From: Thermoplasmata archaeon
Lineage (GTDB): Archaea; Thermoplasmatota; Thermoplasmata; Lutacidiplasmatales; UBA184
Length of the DNA stretch: 64,000 nt
Assembly: GCA_052326485.1 (NCBI GenBank)
Contig: JBKQMS010000031.1
Coordinates: 110,094 to 174,093, forward strand
Direction of reading: 5' to 3'
Under the pieces are notes generated by a model that saw only the letters and a list, made by a program, of their open reading frames with translations, did no database searches and had not been told where the DNA came from. Made by a program: the position numbers and the translations under genes. This document shows positions 18,613 through 27,018 of this stretch, piece by piece. The first letter of the stretch is position 1; each line of letters starts with the position of its first letter.

Positions 18613-18860
18613 AGCCGTCTCCACGCCGGTCGGGCCGGCCAACCGTGGGCTTCTTGACCGCCAGCTTCGCTGGTATCGAGAACGGGCGAAGTTCGAGGCG
18701 AATCGACCGGCGGAGGAAGCGTCGCGGTAACCCTTCCGCGCGGTGGTCAAGGATCCTGTCGGCCACGTCGCGCGGATGTCGATCTCCTCCCCGTCCGCCC
18801 GTCCGTCCGAGCCGGCGCATAGGGGGCTCGCCCCGCGGAGCTGGTCGGCGGCTGGCTAGG

Positions 18861-18868
18861 TTTAAAAG
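18861..18868 (+). promoter_or_regulatory. TATA box (TTTAAAAG) upstream of the LX/prefoldin-alpha/ftsY operon
   Basis: AT-rich octamer ~40 nt upstream of the ATG at 18907. A GGAG lies 7 nt before the start. Confidence 0.45.
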
Positions 18869-18906
18869 GCCCCCCCGGGTGGCGCCGCCGCGCAACGGAG
18901 AATTCG

Positions 18907-19095
18907 ATGCCCGAGTTCCAGGTCCAAGGTTCGTTCTACGCCCGCCGGGGGTATTGGCAGACGTTCACGAAGATCCACGACGCTGGCTCGGCCGACGTAG
19001 CGCGAGAGTGGGCTCTCTCGGAGATCGGGGGCTGCCACCACGTGAAGCGCTCCCACATACGGATCAGCTCGGTCGCTGAGGTCCCGGCGGCATGA
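18907..19095 (+). CDS. rplX: 50S ribosomal protein LX (L18Ae/eL20 family)
   Basis: 62-aa product MPEFQVQGSFYARRGYWQTFTKI...HHVKRSHIRISSV matches the archaeal LX pattern. It sits in the conserved position before prefoldin alpha. Confidence 0.75.
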   Translation: MPEFQVQGSFYARRGYWQTFTKIHDAGSADVAREWALSEIGGCHHVKRSHIRISSVAEVPAA

Positions 19096-19550
19096 GCGCG
19101 ACCGCCCCCCGAGCGACCGAACAGCAGGTCCAGGAGGACCTCCTGCGCCTCGACGCGTACCGGAACCAGCTCAACGCCCTCCTTCAGCAGCACGAGATCC
19201 TGAGCGCCTCGCGCCAGGACCATGTTCGCGCCCGCGAGAGCCTCGAAGGGGTCGACCGCGCGCCGACGACCGCCGAGTTCCTGCTCCCCCTCGGGGGCGA
19301 GACGTTCGTGCGAGGGTCGGTCGACCGGAACGCGCCGGTGCTGGTCGGTGTGGGGTCCGGTGTCGTCGTCGAGATGGAACGGCCGAAGGTCGTCGAACTC
19401 CTCGCGGACCGGACCGTTCGGATCGAGCAGGCGCTCCGGGACCTCGAGGAGCAGATGACCGGCCTCGACGAACGGATCCAGGTTCTCTCCTCGCGACTCG
19501 ATTCGATCGCTCGGGAGAGCGGCGCGCCGACCGATGTGGGCAGCGATTAA
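19092..19550 (+). CDS. pfdA: prefoldin subunit alpha
   Basis: Coiled-coil / two beta-hairpins / coiled-coil layout, 152 aa. ATGA overlap with LX. Confidence 0.8.
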   Translation: MSATAPRATEQQVQEDLLRLDAYRNQLNALLQQHEILSASRQDHVRARESLEGVDRAPTTAEFLLPLGGETFVRGSVDRNAPVLVGVGSGVVVEMERPKVVELLADRTVRIEQALRDLEEQMTGLDERIQVLSSRLDSIARESGAPTDVGSD

Positions 19551-20604
19551 GGCGCGGCTCAGGCGCTCCGAGGAAGGGTCCTCCCCGGCCCCCGAACCGG
19601 CCCCGGAAACCGGTGCTCCCCACCCCGGACCCGCTGCTACCCCTCCGGCTTCTGATCAAGGCCAGTCTCCGGCGTCTGGCTCGGGCGGAGCCGGTCCATC
19701 CCCCGCCGAGGGCGATGCGACTGTCTTCACCGATGGGTTCCTCGGGCGTCGTCTCAAGGAAGGGACGATCGACGATGTGCTGGACGACCTCGAGATCGTC
19801 CTCCTCGAGTCGGACGTGGCGGTTCCCGTGATCGAACGGCTCCGACGGGACCTTCGCAAAGAGCTCGCCGGGAAGAAGCTTCGGTTCGGGGTCGATGCGG
19901 AGGAGGCGATCCGGACCTGCCTCGAGCGTTCCTGCCGGACGATTCTGGCGCGGCCGCCCATCGACCTCGCGAAAGCGGTCCGTGAGCGCACGCCAAAGCC
20001 GTACGTCATCCTGTTCGTGGGGGTGAACGGGACCGGAAAGACCACCACCATCGCGAAACTGGCGGGATGGCTCCGTACCCAGGGGCTTACGAGCGTGATT
20101 GCCGCCAGCGACACGTTCCGCGCCGGAGCGATCGAGCAGCTGCTCGTTCACGGCGAACGGATCGGGGTCCGTGTGGTCCGCCAGCAGGAAGGCAGCGACC
20201 CGGCCGCGGTCGCGTACGACGCGGTCGAGCACGCGCGAGCGAAGGGGATCGACGTGGTGCTCGTGGACACCGCCGGCCGCCAGCACACGAACGAGAACCT
20301 GATCGAGGAGGCGAAGAAGATCCGCCGCGTGGTCTCGCCTTCGCTCACCCTGTTCGTCGGTGACGCCCTCAGTGGGAACGATGTGATCGAGCAGGCGAAG
20401 CTGTTCGACCTCGCCGTGGGGATCGACGGTCTGGTCCTCACCAAGCTCGATGCTGACGCGAAGGGAGGCGCAGCGCTGAGCGCCACGTTCGTCACCAAGA
20501 AACCGATCCTGTTCGTCGGGACCGGCCAAGGGTACGGGGACCTTGTTCCGTTCGACCCGGATTGGATGCTCCGCCGCCTCTTCACGGAAGGAACGGCCGG
20601 ATGA
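19534..20604 (+). CDS. ftsY: signal recognition particle receptor FtsY
   Basis: SRP GTPase motifs GVNGTGKTTT, DTAGR and TKLD are present, with an acidic/Pro-rich N-terminal region. Confidence 0.9.
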   Translation: MWAAIKARLRRSEEGSSPAPEPAPETGAPHPGPAATPPASDQGQSPASGSGGAGPSPAEGDATVFTDGFLGRRLKEGTIDDVLDDLEIVLLESDVAVPVIERLRRDLRKELAGKKLRFGVDAEEAIRTCLERSCRTILARPPIDLAKAVRERTPKPYVILFVGVNGTGKTTTIAKLAGWLRTQGLTSVIAASDTFRAGAIEQLLVHGERIGVRVVRQQEGSDPAAVAYDAVEHARAKGIDVVLVDTAGRQHTNENLIEEAKKIRRVVSPSLTLFVGDALSGNDVIEQAKLFDLAVGIDGLVLTKLDADAKGGAALSATFVTKKPILFVGTGQGYGDLVPFDPDWMLRRLFTEGTAG

Positions 20605-21344
20605 CTCGACAGATCGACGTCGTTCTCGTCCGCCCGAAGGAGGACGGCAACGTGGGAGCCGTCGCGCGCCTCGCGCGGAACTTCGGCGCCGACCGTCTCG
20701 TGCTGGCCGCCTCCCGCGCTAAGGTCGGCACGGTCGCCCGTCGGAGGGCGATGGCCGGCCTGCCGCTCCTGCGCACCGCGGTCCGCGCCCGCTCGTTCGA
20801 CCAGGCGGTCGAAGACGCGGACTTCGTGATCGGAACGACCGACCTCTCCACGGGACGGTCGAACGCCTACCTGCGCCGCTCCGTGAGCCCTGAGCGCCTC
20901 GGGGAGATGGTCCGAACGCTCGAGGGGCGGTTGGCGATCGTCTTTGGACCCGAGGACAACGGCCTATCCCGGGAGGAGCTCGCTCGCTGCGACCTCATTG
21001 TCCACATACCCGCGCACCGAGAGTTCCCGACGCTCAACCTATCGCACGCGGTCGCGATCGTCCTCTATGCGGTCCACCGAGCCCGGGGACCGAGCGACCC
21101 CGATACCACCCCGGCTCCCGAGGTCGTGGAGCTGAACGGACCCGAGAAGGAGCTGTTCCTCGAGCGTCTCGGCGAGCTTCTCGCCCGAACGGGATACCCC
21201 GCGCACAAACGACGGGGTTTAATCCTCCTGTTCCGTCGCGTGCTCGGCCGTGCGACGCCTTCCGAGGCGGAGCTACGGATGATGCTAGGGCTTTTCAAGA
21301 GCTACGGGCGTGCGTTGGACCGCAAGGAGCATGGGAGAAGGTAA
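20601..21344 (+). CDS. SpoU/TrmH-family (TrmJ-like) RNA 2'-O-methyltransferase
   Basis: Contains VVLVRPKEDGNVGAVARLARNFG, IVFGPEDNGLS and LNLSHAVAIVLY (SPOUT motifs). ATGA overlap with ftsY. Confidence 0.8.
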   Translation: MTRQIDVVLVRPKEDGNVGAVARLARNFGADRLVLAASRAKVGTVARRRAMAGLPLLRTAVRARSFDQAVEDADFVIGTTDLSTGRSNAYLRRSVSPERLGEMVRTLEGRLAIVFGPEDNGLSREELARCDLIVHIPAHREFPTLNLSHAVAIVLYAVHRARGPSDPDTTPAPEVVELNGPEKELFLERLGELLARTGYPAHKRRGLILLFRRVLGRATPSEAELRMMLGLFKSYGRALDRKEHGRR

Positions 21345-21747
21345 CGGCGATTGGCTGAGGGTCCGCGGGATCGGTCGCGAGCGGTTCGCGACGTACCTCG
21401 CCGACTTCCTCGGCACGATCGGCTACACGGTCGAGAGGTCGGAGACGTCCGAGCCCAGCGAGAGCCGGGTCAAGGGCCGTCTCGAGAAGATGAACCCGGC
21501 CGTCCCCCCAGCGGCCTCCGCCCTCGAGTTCCGCCTCTACCCAACGAGCGGTGGCGCCGCGCTCGTGTGGGAGACGCCCACGGAGGTCCCAGCCGAGCAG
21601 CGTCCGCGCATGGACCGGCTCGTTCGGGAGATCTCGAGCCACCTCGAGCGGGCGATCGCGACCGAGAGCCACGCGACCGCGAAGGTCGTCCGACCGGCGG
21701 AGTCCCGCCTTCCGTGGGCGGGCGTCGCGAAGAACGGCGGCGTCTGA
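21331..21747 (+). CDS. hypothetical protein
   Basis: The ORF has coding-like composition and no recognisable motif. I chose the ATG at 21331. Confidence 0.4.
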   Translation: MGEGNGDWLRVRGIGRERFATYLADFLGTIGYTVERSETSEPSESRVKGRLEKMNPAVPPAASALEFRLYPTSGGAALVWETPTEVPAEQRPRMDRLVREISSHLERAIATESHATAKVVRPAESRLPWAGVAKNGGV

Positions 21748-21768
21748 ACGCTCGTCAGCGGCGGCAGC

Positions 21769-21776
21769 TTTATAAT
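21769..21776 (+). promoter_or_regulatory. TATA box (TTTATAAT) upstream of rpl15e
   Basis: Lies ~30 nt upstream of the ATG at 21806, suggesting a leaderless or near-leaderless transcript. Confidence 0.45.
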
Positions 21777-21805
21777 TGGGGCCCGGGTCCCCCGCGCCGC
21801 GTCCC

Positions 21806-22420
21806 ATGGCGAGCTCTGCGTACCGGCACATGGCCCAGTCGTTCCAGCAGACGCTGGGTGAGGAGGGAGCCGCCCTCCGGCACGAGCGTCTCCTGCACTG
21901 GCGGCGGGAGAGCACGGTCACGCGGGTCGAGCATCCGACGCGCCTTGACCGGGCCCGCGCCGTAGGGTTCCGGGCGAAGGGCGGGTACGTGGTCGTACGC
22001 GTCCGGGTCCGCCGGGGCGGGCAGCGCAAGCGCGCGATCATCGCGGGGCGTCGCCCGAAGCACAAAGGGATCCTCCGGATGACGCTTTCGAAGAGCCTGC
22101 GTCGCATCGCCGAGGAGCGGGCGCAGAAGCATTACCCGAACCTCGAGGTCCTCAACTCCTACTGGGTGGGCGAGGACGGCAAACAGAAGTTCTTCGAAGT
22201 GATCCTCGTGGACCCCTCGCACCCCGAGATCCTCGCGGACCCCAAGATCGCGTGGATCGCCTCTCCCGTCCAGAAGGGACGTGCCTATCGCGGTCTCACG
22301 AGCGCGGGCACCGAGGGCCGTGGCCTCCGGTGGAAGGGGAAGGGGGCGGAGCGGTTCCGACCCTCGAGGGCCCGAAACCGCCGCGCGACCCGGCGGACCC
22401 AGATGAAGGTCATCCCGTAG
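21806..22420 (+). CDS. rpl15e: 50S ribosomal protein L15e
   Basis: MASSAYRHMAQSFQQ...GYVVVRVRVRRGG...RPKHKG is typical of L15e. Confidence 0.9.
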   Translation: MASSAYRHMAQSFQQTLGEEGAALRHERLLHWRRESTVTRVEHPTRLDRARAVGFRAKGGYVVVRVRVRRGGQRKRAIIAGRRPKHKGILRMTLSKSLRRIAEERAQKHYPNLEVLNSYWVGEDGKQKFFEVILVDPSHPEILADPKIAWIASPVQKGRAYRGLTSAGTEGRGLRWKGKGAERFRPSRARNRRATRRTQMKVIP

Positions 22421-22880
22421 GACGCTCGTCGTCCGTTTCGGCGAGCTCGAGCAGCTGTCCGAGGGACCGGTGGCCCTTTTCGGCCGTTCGAAGCGCCCAG
22501 CCGTAGAGCCCCTCGACATGGACGAGCTCGCCCCGCAGGACCCGTGCGAGCCGCCGCCGGTGCTCGAGGTCCGCTCCGGAACGACCGACCCCAAGGAACT
22601 CCTTGAGCCGCTGCGCGAGGTGCCCGCCCTCGGTGTCCCAGTCGGTGAGGATGATCACGTGGCGAGCGGTCGCGGTGAGATGCTGGGCCGTCTCCGAGAT
22701 GGTCCGTCCTCGGTGGACGAGGACGACCGACCCTCGAAGGCCGAGCCGGCGCAAGGCCCGCCGGTCGCGTTCCCCCTCCACGACCACCACGGTGCCGGGG
22801 GCGCGGCTGTCGCTCTGAAGACGGACCCACAGCTCCCAGAACTCATCGAACAACGCGGCCGGGTCTCGAACCGTCGCCAT
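22410..22880 (-). CDS. Toprim-domain protein (UPF0292-like)
   Basis: Has the Toprim Glu (VVVVEGERD) and DxD (ILTDWDTEG). I chose the ATG at 22880. Confidence 0.7.
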   Translation of the reverse strand: MATVRDPAALFDEFWELWVRLQSDSRAPGTVVVVEGERDRRALRRLGLRGSVVLVHRGRTISETAQHLTATARHVIILTDWDTEGGHLAQRLKEFLGVGRSGADLEHRRRLARVLRGELVHVEGLYGWALRTAEKGHRSLGQLLELAETDDERPTG

Positions 22881-22982
22881 CGAACCGCGCCCCTCCCCGC
22901 CGACCGAGACGCGGGCGGAGACCCGAGCAAGACCGCACATCTCCTATAGTCCTTCGGTTGTCCGCCCATCCCGCGAGAGCCG

Positions 22983-23654
22983 ATGGCCGACCACTTCACG
23001 CAACTGCTGGAATGGCGCCGCAACGAGCTCGCCGTTCGTGGCCTTGCGAAGCTCCCTCCGGAGTTCTACTCCGCGACCACTACCTACCTCGCCGAGCTGC
23101 GCCGGTCCTACGAGTCCGAGCTGCGCGAGAATCCATCGGGTCGGAAGGGGGACATCTCCCGCCAGACCTACCAGCGCGCGATCCAAGTCGCCCGGGACAT
23201 CGTCGAAGGTCGGGCCCAGAAGGTCCTCAACGCGGCGTTCCAGGCGAGCATTGGAGGGAGCCGCGACCTGGTGAACGCTCTGCCCGAGGAGCGCGCGATG
23301 TTCGACCAGGTCCTCTCGGTCCTCCTCGACCACCGTCGCTCGTCGGCGGCCTACATCGAGCCCACGCCAGGCCCGATCGCTCCGGCGGGTGCCCGTTCGG
23401 CCGAGGTCACAGCGGCGGCACCGGCGTCCGCGCCTCCCGCGCGAAGCCCCGAGGCGCCGACGGCGAGCCGACCTCGACCTTCGCTCGTTCACGTCCGGGT
23501 GCTCAAGGATTCGCGCCCGGTCGAGGTCGGGTCGGAAACGGTCGACCTCAAGGCCGACGACGTTCTCTCCCTGCCGCCCGAGACCGCCCGCATCCTTGCC
23601 GAGGCGAAGGTCGTGGAGCTGCTCGAGAGCTCGCCGAACCGCCCCGTCACGTAA
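22983..23654 (+). CDS. GINS complex subunit (Gins51/Sld5-Psf1-like)
   Basis: An N-terminal helical A-domain (LPPEFYSATTTYLAELRRSYE...) is joined by an Ala/Pro linker to a C-terminal small beta B-domain (VHVRVLKDSRPVEVGSETVDLKADDVLSLP). Confidence 0.6.
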   Translation: MADHFTQLLEWRRNELAVRGLAKLPPEFYSATTTYLAELRRSYESELRENPSGRKGDISRQTYQRAIQVARDIVEGRAQKVLNAAFQASIGGSRDLVNALPEERAMFDQVLSVLLDHRRSSAAYIEPTPGPIAPAGARSAEVTAAAPASAPPARSPEAPTASRPRPSLVHVRVLKDSRPVEVGSETVDLKADDVLSLPPETARILAEAKVVELLESSPNRPVT

Positions 23655-24795
23655 CGGTCGGAGAACGGCCGGCGCGGTCCGGCGGGGCCAGCTCGAGCGC
23701 GTGGAATCGTTCGAACCCGAAAAGAAGGTTCTTCGCCGCGAGACGGACCCGCACCTCTGCTTCCGTCGACGGGGCGGCCCGGATTGCCTCCTCGAGCAGC
23801 CGAGGGAAGCCCCACTCGCCGAGCGCTTCCGCTTGGCGTCGGAACGCCACCTCCCGAAGGCACGCGTGGGCAGCGGCGGCCCGCACCCGGGTGAAGTTGA
23901 CGAAGACCGACAGGTCCGAGGTCCCCGGCTCCGCCAACGGGTCGTCGACGAAGCGGTGCCCCCGGACGGCGGCGAGCGTGCCCGAGCGATGGGCGCTGAC
24001 GAGCTCGGACTCTTCCATCCCGTAGTCGAGCACGAGGAATAGGCCGGTTACGAGGTGGTCGGCTACCTCGCGGAGGAGCGCCTCGGCTAGGGGGGAGACC
24101 TCGACGAGCGTTCCGGGTTCGGGGGCCAGCGGGAGCTCGGGGGGCGGCACGCTGCGGCGGAGAGGACCGGCGGCCGGGACGAACCCGTCGTCCGTGAACC
24201 GGACCCCGACCTCCTGCCAGCGTTCTCCGTCCCAGAGCAGCCGCCGGGCCGGTTGCGCGTCCAGGACCTCGTTCGCCAGAACGAACCCTTGGAACGGCCC
24301 ATCCGCGCCAACGCCGCTCGCGGCCTTCACGGGGATTCCCAGCGACCGGCCCGCCGCCGAGACCCGCTCGTACGCCCGGACGGAGAGGGTGGGGGACCGG
24401 TCCACAAGGACGTACTCGACCCGTTCCGCCACCGCCGGGTCCTGGGCGAGACCGTTCAGCACGCTCTCTCCTAGGGTCCCGTCCCCGGGTCCGATCTCGA
24501 GGACGCGGAACGGCGGCCCCGGCGGGGTCTCCGCCACGACCGACCGCACGCGCTCCGCGATCGCGCGGCCGAAGAGCGGGCTCGCGTGGGCCGCGGTGTA
24601 GTAATCCCCTTCCGGTCCGAACGGCGAATCCTCGCGCGTGTAGAAGCCTACGCCCTCGCCGTAGAGCGCGACGTCCATGAACCGGTCGAATGGGACGAAC
24701 CCGTCCGGGTCTGCGGCTCGTTGGAGCAAGGACAGGACCCGCTCGTGGCGCGACGTCTCCTCGGCCGACGACACTCCGCGGGCCGGTTCGGTCAT
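23647..24795 (-). CDS. DUF185/MidA-family (NDUFAF7-like) SAM-dependent methyltransferase
   Basis: Contains FVPFDRFMDVALYGEGVGFY, VLEIGPGDGTL and FVLANEVLDAQP. I chose the ATG at 24795, because the rest of the 573-aa track ORF is out-of-frame overlap with the PAC2 gene. Confidence 0.75.
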   Translation of the reverse strand: MTEPARGVSSAEETSRHERVLSLLQRAADPDGFVPFDRFMDVALYGEGVGFYTREDSPFGPEGDYYTAAHASPLFGRAIAERVRSVVAETPPGPPFRVLEIGPGDGTLGESVLNGLAQDPAVAERVEYVLVDRSPTLSVRAYERVSAAGRSLGIPVKAASGVGADGPFQGFVLANEVLDAQPARRLLWDGERWQEVGVRFTDDGFVPAAGPLRRSVPPPELPLAPEPGTLVEVSPLAEALLREVADHLVTGLFLVLDYGMEESELVSAHRSGTLAAVRGHRFVDDPLAEPGTSDLSVFVNFTRVRAAAAHACLREVAFRRQAEALGEWGFPRLLEEAIRAAPSTEAEVRVRLAAKNLLFGFERFHALELAPPDRAGRSPTVT

Positions 24796-24806
24796 CGGTC
24801 GGACGT

Positions 24807-25592
24807 TCAACCGATGTACCCGAGGTCCTCTCGGGGAGCCGGGCCGGAGGGCGGAGTGCCCTCGGTCGACCGCGCCTCCGCCTCGTGGATCTTCTGGGCG
24901 ATCCGGTCGATCTCGTGCGCCTTCGTCTCGAGCGCCGTGAAGTCGATCTCGACCTCGAGGATCTTGGCCAGGACCTTGAGGACCGCCTGCGCGCTGCGGG
25001 GGTCGACGAAGTAGCCGCTCGTCTCGCCCATGAGACAGACCCCCTCCATACCGAAAAGGCGCCCCAGGCCGAGGAAGAGCCCGCTCGCCCCGATGAGACC
25101 GCCGCCGGGGTCGTTCCGAGAGAAGACCACGCCGAACTTCTTCATCGCCTCGACCTGTTCGGGCTTGGTCGCGGCGCCGAGGACGCGCGGGTCGTCCACG
25201 ACGCGGCCCTGCGCGAAGCCGGCGAGCGTGAACACCTCGCGGACGCCGAGGCCGTGGCAGTAGTCGAGGACCCGCTGGGTGATCTCGTACTGGCCCTCGG
25301 GAGAGATCCCTTGGTAGTCCCCGCCCAACACGAGGATGTCGCGAGGCGCGGACGGTGGCCCCTTCCAATAGTGAAGGTCGTTCGAAACGAGGCGGATGAT
25401 CCCGTCCTCGTTGACGTAGACCTGCGGAGGGAAGAACTTCGAATAGATGGTGGCGAGCGGCTTGGCCTTCAACTGCTCGCGCAGGTAGTCGGCGGCGAGC
25501 TTCCCCACGTTCCCGACGCCCGGAAGGCCCTCGATGAGGACCGGGTTCCGAAGCTCCACTTTCTCGAGCGTGCGGATGACGACGTCCTCCAC
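24807..25592 (-). CDS. PAC2-family proteasome assembly chaperone (PbaB-like)
   Basis: Contains LIEGLPGVGNVGKLAADYL and has an acidic/hydrophobic C-terminus ending in ...YIG. Confidence 0.75.
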   Translation of the reverse strand: MEDVVIRTLEKVELRNPVLIEGLPGVGNVGKLAADYLREQLKAKPLATIYSKFFPPQVYVNEDGIIRLVSNDLHYWKGPPSAPRDILVLGGDYQGISPEGQYEITQRVLDYCHGLGVREVFTLAGFAQGRVVDDPRVLGAATKPEQVEAMKKFGVVFSRNDPGGGLIGASGLFLGLGRLFGMEGVCLMGETSGYFVDPRSAQAVLKVLAKILEVEIDFTALETKAHEIDRIAQKIHEAEARSTEGTPPSGPAPREDLGYIG

Positions 25593-25660
25593 GGGGGTTC
25601 CACCTCGCCCGAAGCAGCCGGGGTCGGAGGATAAAGGTTAGCTTACCGCTCGGTAGGCCG

Positions 25661-26425
25661 CTATCGCGGACCGTCCGTGCGCTCTTCGACGTGCCAGCCG
25701 GTTTCGCCGATCTCGGCGTTCCAGATGCGCGTCAGGTCCGGTCGGTTCCCCACCTTCTGGACGGAAAGCGCGTGCTCGTAGTGGTCGTGCCGCGGTTCGG
25801 CCGACAGGTCGAAGACGACGTCCGCGAGGTCCTGCAGGAGCCCGAAGACCGCCCGCTCGTGGGCGACGGAGTGGGCCGTGATGAGCGCGTGGCCGCCGAT
25901 CGTCTGGCAGCGGTGCCGGATCTGGCGGGCGACCGTCGTCAGCTCGTGCGGCTCCATCACCTCGAGGAAGAAATCGACCGAATCCACGACCATCCGGAAC
26001 GGCGAATCGATGTTCGCGAGGTCGGAGAGCATGCGGTTCGTGAGGCTGAACGGGGTCAGCACCCGGTCCTGCGGCCGGACATCGACGAGGTCGTCGAGCG
26101 CGATCCCGCCCTCCCGAGCCTTGGCGATCTCGAGGCCTCGGACGAGCACGCGCTCGAAGTACTCGTCGGCCAGGTTGACGATACGGATCTCGTCCGGGTC
26201 CCATCCGAAGTCGTCGAACGCCTTCTTGACGTCCTCCGTCCGCTCGTAGGTGGTGTAGAAGAGGACCGGGACCGGCCCCGCGCCCGCGTGGGCGAACTGC
26301 TTCGCGAGGAGCGGAGCTCCGGAGCCCGAGGTCCCGGAGAGGACGGCGAGCCACCCCGGGGGGAGCGCCGTCCAGACCGGCTGGTCGATCTCGGGGATGC
26401 CGAAGATCCGGTCGGGTTCGGCCAT
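25661..26425 (-). CDS. KaiC/RadA-like RecA-superfamily protein, Walker A degenerate
   Basis: The P-loop position reads LSGTSGSGAPLL, with Lys and Ser/Thr lost. The Walker-B-like RMVVDSVDFF is retained. Confidence 0.7.
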   Translation of the reverse strand: MAEPDRIFGIPEIDQPVWTALPPGWLAVLSGTSGSGAPLLAKQFAHAGAGPVPVLFYTTYERTEDVKKAFDDFGWDPDEIRIVNLADEYFERVLVRGLEIAKAREGGIALDDLVDVRPQDRVLTPFSLTNRMLSDLANIDSPFRMVVDSVDFFLEVMEPHELTTVARQIRHRCQTIGGHALITAHSVAHERAVFGLLQDLADVVFDLSAEPRHDHYEHALSVQKVGNRPDLTRIWNAEIGETGWHVEERTDGPR

Positions 26426-26427
26426 GG

Positions 26428-27015
26428 CTAACGACCCACCCGCCCCACGTCGATCGTCTCGTCGACCACGAGGTTCAGCATCTGCTCGATCCCGGTGGTC
26501 TCCTCTTCGGACGTTTCGAGAACGAGCGTGAGCACCTGACGCGACTTCAGGTTGTTCAGGAGGATGTGGAAGAACTCGGAGAGGAGCTCGGGCTGGTTGT
26601 GGATCGCGAGGGAGTTCACGCTATCGATGACGACGATCTCGCGCGGATGCGGGAACTTCCGGAGCAGGTACTCGATGCGGAGCATGATCTCCTCGAGCGC
26701 CCGGGGGCTCTCCACATACGTCGCGTTCGGGAGCGGGTTCGCGTAGTTCATCATGATGTGGCTGATCGCATCGACGAAGGAGATCCGATCCGCCGGGACG
26801 TCGAGCGCCTGCGCCAGCGTCCAGACGAACGCGGCCGGGTTCGTTACGGTGAGGTAGATGGTGTGGGCGTCCGTCTCGCTCCCGACGTCCCGGAGCGTCG
26901 CGTTGAGGACCGCGAAGTAGTGGTCGGCGTACTCGCGGGGGTCCAGCTTCAGGGCCACGGCGCTGCCGCTCGGGAGCCCCCGAAGCCTTTCCCCGAGGTC
27001 CACTTCCGGGGCCAC
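26428..27015 (-). CDS. KaiC/RadA-like RecA-superfamily protein lacking a P-loop
   Basis: No GxxxxGK[ST] is present. It has the Walker-B-like IVVIDSVNSL and the same beta-strand/helix periodicity as its neighbours. It lies 2-3 nt from both flanking genes. Confidence 0.55.
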   Translation of the reverse strand: MAPEVDLGERLRGLPSGSAVALKLDPREYADHYFAVLNATLRDVGSETDAHTIYLTVTNPAAFVWTLAQALDVPADRISFVDAISHIMMNYANPLPNATYVESPRALEEIMLRIEYLLRKFPHPREIVVIDSVNSLAIHNQPELLSEFFHILLNNLKSRQVLTLVLETSEEETTGIEQMLNLVVDETIDVGRVGR

Positions 27016-27018
27016 GGG

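Noticed and set aside
18480-18860. RNase P RNA or SRP RNA in the 380-nt gap.
   Set aside because: I looked for CR-I-like GAGGAAAGUCC (only a weak GGAGGAAGCG at about 18706), CR-V ACAGAA and the SRP helix-8 motifs on both strands and found none. This needs a covariance-model scan to be definitive.
18056-18895. A minus-strand ORF with an RGG-like stretch (GRGFARGRGDGGGDRGGDGGGGWGRRG) in the ThiI-LX gap, considered as a GAR-domain RNA-binding protein.
   Set aside because: The Gly/Arg stretch is simply the translation of the G-tract repeat. The frame only closes 420 nt inside the ThiI-like gene on the antisense strand, and there is no plausible start context.
24796-25368. The upper part of the 573-aa minus-strand ORF 23647-25368, read as one large protein.
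   Set aside because: That part is an Arg/Pro/Gly-rich frame overlapping the well-supported PAC2 gene (24807-25592) out of frame. The MidA-like sequence starts at the ATG at 24795.
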